Part shown: positions 43,684-45,377 of the stretch, piece after piece
How positions within the stretch are numbered: position 1 is the first letter of the stretch
How the letters are laid out: each line of letters opens with the position of its first letter
Assembly (NCBI GenBank): GCA_031276515.1
Contig: JAISMX010000118.1
Location: 1-45,377, forward strand
DNA length: 45,377 nucleotides
Reading direction: 5' to 3'
Origin: Eubacteriales Family XIII. Incertae Sedis bacterium
GTDB taxonomy: Bacteria > Bacillota > Clostridia > Peptostreptococcales > Anaerovoracaceae
Notes under the pieces: model-generated
Seen by the model: only the letters and a program-made list of their open reading frames with translations
Told to the model about the DNA's origin: nothing
Databases searched by the model: none
Position numbers and translations under genes: made by a program

Positions 43684-45041
43684 GAATTCCCGGTTTCGCG
43701 GCGGCGCTCTTGGCTTTCCTGCTTCTGGCGCCGGCCTTGGGCTTCGCCGCGCCGGCGCGCGCGGCGAAGCCCATACCCGAGACGACGGCGCTTTCGGCCG
43801 TGCTGATCGACGCGAAGACGGGAATGGTTCTCTACGACAAGGACATGCACGCGGTTCTCTACCCCGCGAGCCTCACGAAGGTGATGACGGGTCTGCTCGC
43901 GGTTGAGCGCCTTTCGCTTGACAAATCCGTGACGATCGACGCGGAAACCCCTTTCACCAAGGGTTCGCGCATCTATCTGCTCGAAGGCGAAGAAGTCACG
44001 GCGGAGCAGCTTTTTTACGCGCTGATGATCGAATCGGCGAACGACGCCGCCGTCGCCCTCGCGAAGGAAATATCCGGCACGACGGAGGCCTTCGCGGAGC
44101 TCATGAACCGCAGGGCAAAGGAGCTCGGCGCCCTGCACACGAACTTCGTGAACCCGAACGGCCTCGAACACGACGCGCACGTCACCACGGCCTACGACAT
44201 CGCCATGATCGCCAAGGAGGCCATGAAGCTTCCCGCGTTTCGCAAGGCGGCGGCGACCTACCCCTACACGCTGGAACGGACGAACAAGCAGGAAACGCGC
44301 TATTTTTACAACGGCAACCGACTGCTCTACGACGAAAAGCACACGGTGGTCTACGAGGGCGCGTCGCGCCCCATCAAATACGCGGACGTCACGGGCATCA
44401 AGACGGGCTACACCGCGCAGGCGGGCAACTGTCTCGCGGCGAGCGCCAAGCGCGGCGATACCGAGCTGATCGCCGTCATGCTGCGGGCGGAGGGCATGAA
44501 CGTCTACCTCGACGCCATATCGCTGTTTGAATACGGTTTCGATAATTATAAATCCTTCCAAGCTGTGTCGGCCGGCGCGCCGCAGGGCGAGATTCGCGTG
44601 AAAAACGGCGCCGTCAAAACCGCCGCGATCCAAGCCGGATCGGACGCGTGGGTGACGATTCCCGCGAGCGCGTCCCCGTCTCTCGTGACGACGGAACCGC
44701 GGCTGCCCGCGCGCGTCGAAGCGCCGGTGGAGGAAGGGCAGGTCGTGGGAACGATGGGCATCCTGCTCGACGGAGAGGAACTTGGCGTCGTCGAGATCGC
44801 GGCCGCCGAAGCGGTCCCCCTCGGCGGGCCGCTTTCGCGCATCGGCATCCCGGATGGCACGGCCGGTCGAATCTTGCGGATACTCATCGCGGCTCTGCTC
44901 GCGCTGCTGTTTCTTGCGGTCGCCTATGTGCTTCTGAAGCGCAGGCAGATCAAGCGCAGAAATCGCAGGCGCGAGGAGCGCCGCGCGCGCTTGGAGGCGG
45001 CGGAGCGCAAGCGAGAGGAATTTCTCAGAAAGTTGAGGTGA
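43680..45041 (+). CDS. D-alanyl-D-alanine carboxypeptidase (S11, PBP5-like) with C-terminal membrane anchor
   Basis: GTG start follows GGAGGA. A signal peptide is present, with the SxxK motif ASLTKVMT, the SxN motif SANDAA and KTGYT. Confidence 0.85.
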   Translation: MRIPGFAAALLAFLLLAPALGFAAPARAAKPIPETTALSAVLIDAKTGMVLYDKDMHAVLYPASLTKVMTGLLAVERLSLDKSVTIDAETPFTKGSRIYLLEGEEVTAEQLFYALMIESANDAAVALAKEISGTTEAFAELMNRRAKELGALHTNFVNPNGLEHDAHVTTAYDIAMIAKEAMKLPAFRKAAATYPYTLERTNKQETRYFYNGNRLLYDEKHTVVYEGASRPIKYADVTGIKTGYTAQAGNCLAASAKRGDTELIAVMLRAEGMNVYLDAISLFEYGFDNYKSFQAVSAGAPQGEIRVKNGAVKTAAIQAGSDAWVTIPASASPSLVTTEPRLPARVEAPVEEGQVVGTMGILLDGEELGVVEIAAAEAVPLGGPLSRIGIPDGTAGRILRILIAALLALLFLAVAYVLLKRRQIKRRNRRREERRARLEAAERKREEFLRKLR

Positions 45042-45044
45042 CCG

Positions 45045-45067
45045 CTCAAACGCCACGCCATTTTTGT
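45045..45067. repeat. Truncated left end (23 nt) of the palindrome repeat family
   Basis: CTCAAACGCCACGCCATTTTTGT is identical to 23099-23121. It starts 4 nt after the carboxypeptidase stop. Confidence 0.6.
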
Positions 45068-45075
45068 TTGAATTT

Positions 45076-45377
45076 ATGTTTGATATACGGGAAAATCTGA
45101 AAAATCTGCCGGACAAGCCGGGCGTTTACCTGCACAAGGACGCTTACGGCGAAATTTTATACGTCGGCAAGGCCGCATCGCTTAAAAACAGGGTGCGGCA
45201 ATATTTTCAATCCGCGCGCGGCATGGACGCCAAGGTTCGCGCCATGGTTTCGCACATACGCGAGTTCGAGTACATTACGACGGATACGGAGATGGAGGCG
45301 CTGATCCTCGAAAACAACCTCATCAAGAAGCATCTGCCGCGCTACAACGTGCTGCTGCGCGACGACAAGACCTATCC
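45076..45377 (+). CDS. uvrC: Excinuclease ABC subunit C, N-terminal GIY-YIG part (3' end outside window)
   Basis: The product is [44 protein letters not shown]...[29 protein letters not shown]. Confidence 0.9.
   Translation, partial: MFDIRENLKNLPDKPGVYLHKDAYGEILYVGKAASLKNRVRQYFQSARGMDAKVRAMVSHIREFEYITTDTEMEALILENNLIKKHLPRYNVLLRDDKTY

Overview
This is a 45.4-kb chromosomal segment that reads like a high-G+C Clostridia-type Firmicute. That is an inference from the SLH-domain wall protein, the SpoVB/MurJ-like flippase, AddA and a Gram-positive style tad/flp pilus operon. Backbone genes in order are: SLH protein (partial), MurJ/SpoVB-like flippase, addA, two tRNA-Leu genes, a nine-gene tad/flp locus, a DAG-kinase-family lipid kinase, thiamine pyrophosphokinase, an MCP, pit plus its DUF47 partner, rdgB, serA, serC, an ApgM-like mutase, a D-Ala-D-Ala carboxypeptidase and the 5' end of uvrC. 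Three visibly lower-G+C accessory pieces are interspersed. (i) A tightly overlapping DUF3791-DUF3990-DUF3791 triad whose middle protein carries a PARP-like HGS...GKGFY signature. (ii) A ~2.2-kb AT-rich islet directly 3' of tRNA-Leu(GAG). It carries a degenerate, frame-broken C5-cytosine-methyltransferase-like gene that runs in frame into an apparently intact PD-(D/E)xK nuclease ORF. (iii) A 25.8-41.3 kb block between serA and serC. It holds an AlbA_2/HATPase-type regulator, a TetR plus a 1548-aa MMPL transporter with about eleven tandem ~75-aa repeats, an SDR/phosphotriesterase-like/Zn-ADH/ThDP-enzyme operon with a LuxR-type regulator, and xpaC-telA. Non-coding highlights are a ~150-175 nt imperfect-palindrome repeat family inserted 1-4 nt after stop codons at three sites, several perfect operator-like palindromes, a G8 tract at a ribosome-binding site, a 37-bp tandem duplication and phased AT repeats. 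I saw no CRISPR array, rRNA, transposase, integrase or reverse transcriptase. All family assignments come from reading motifs by eye; no database search was possible.
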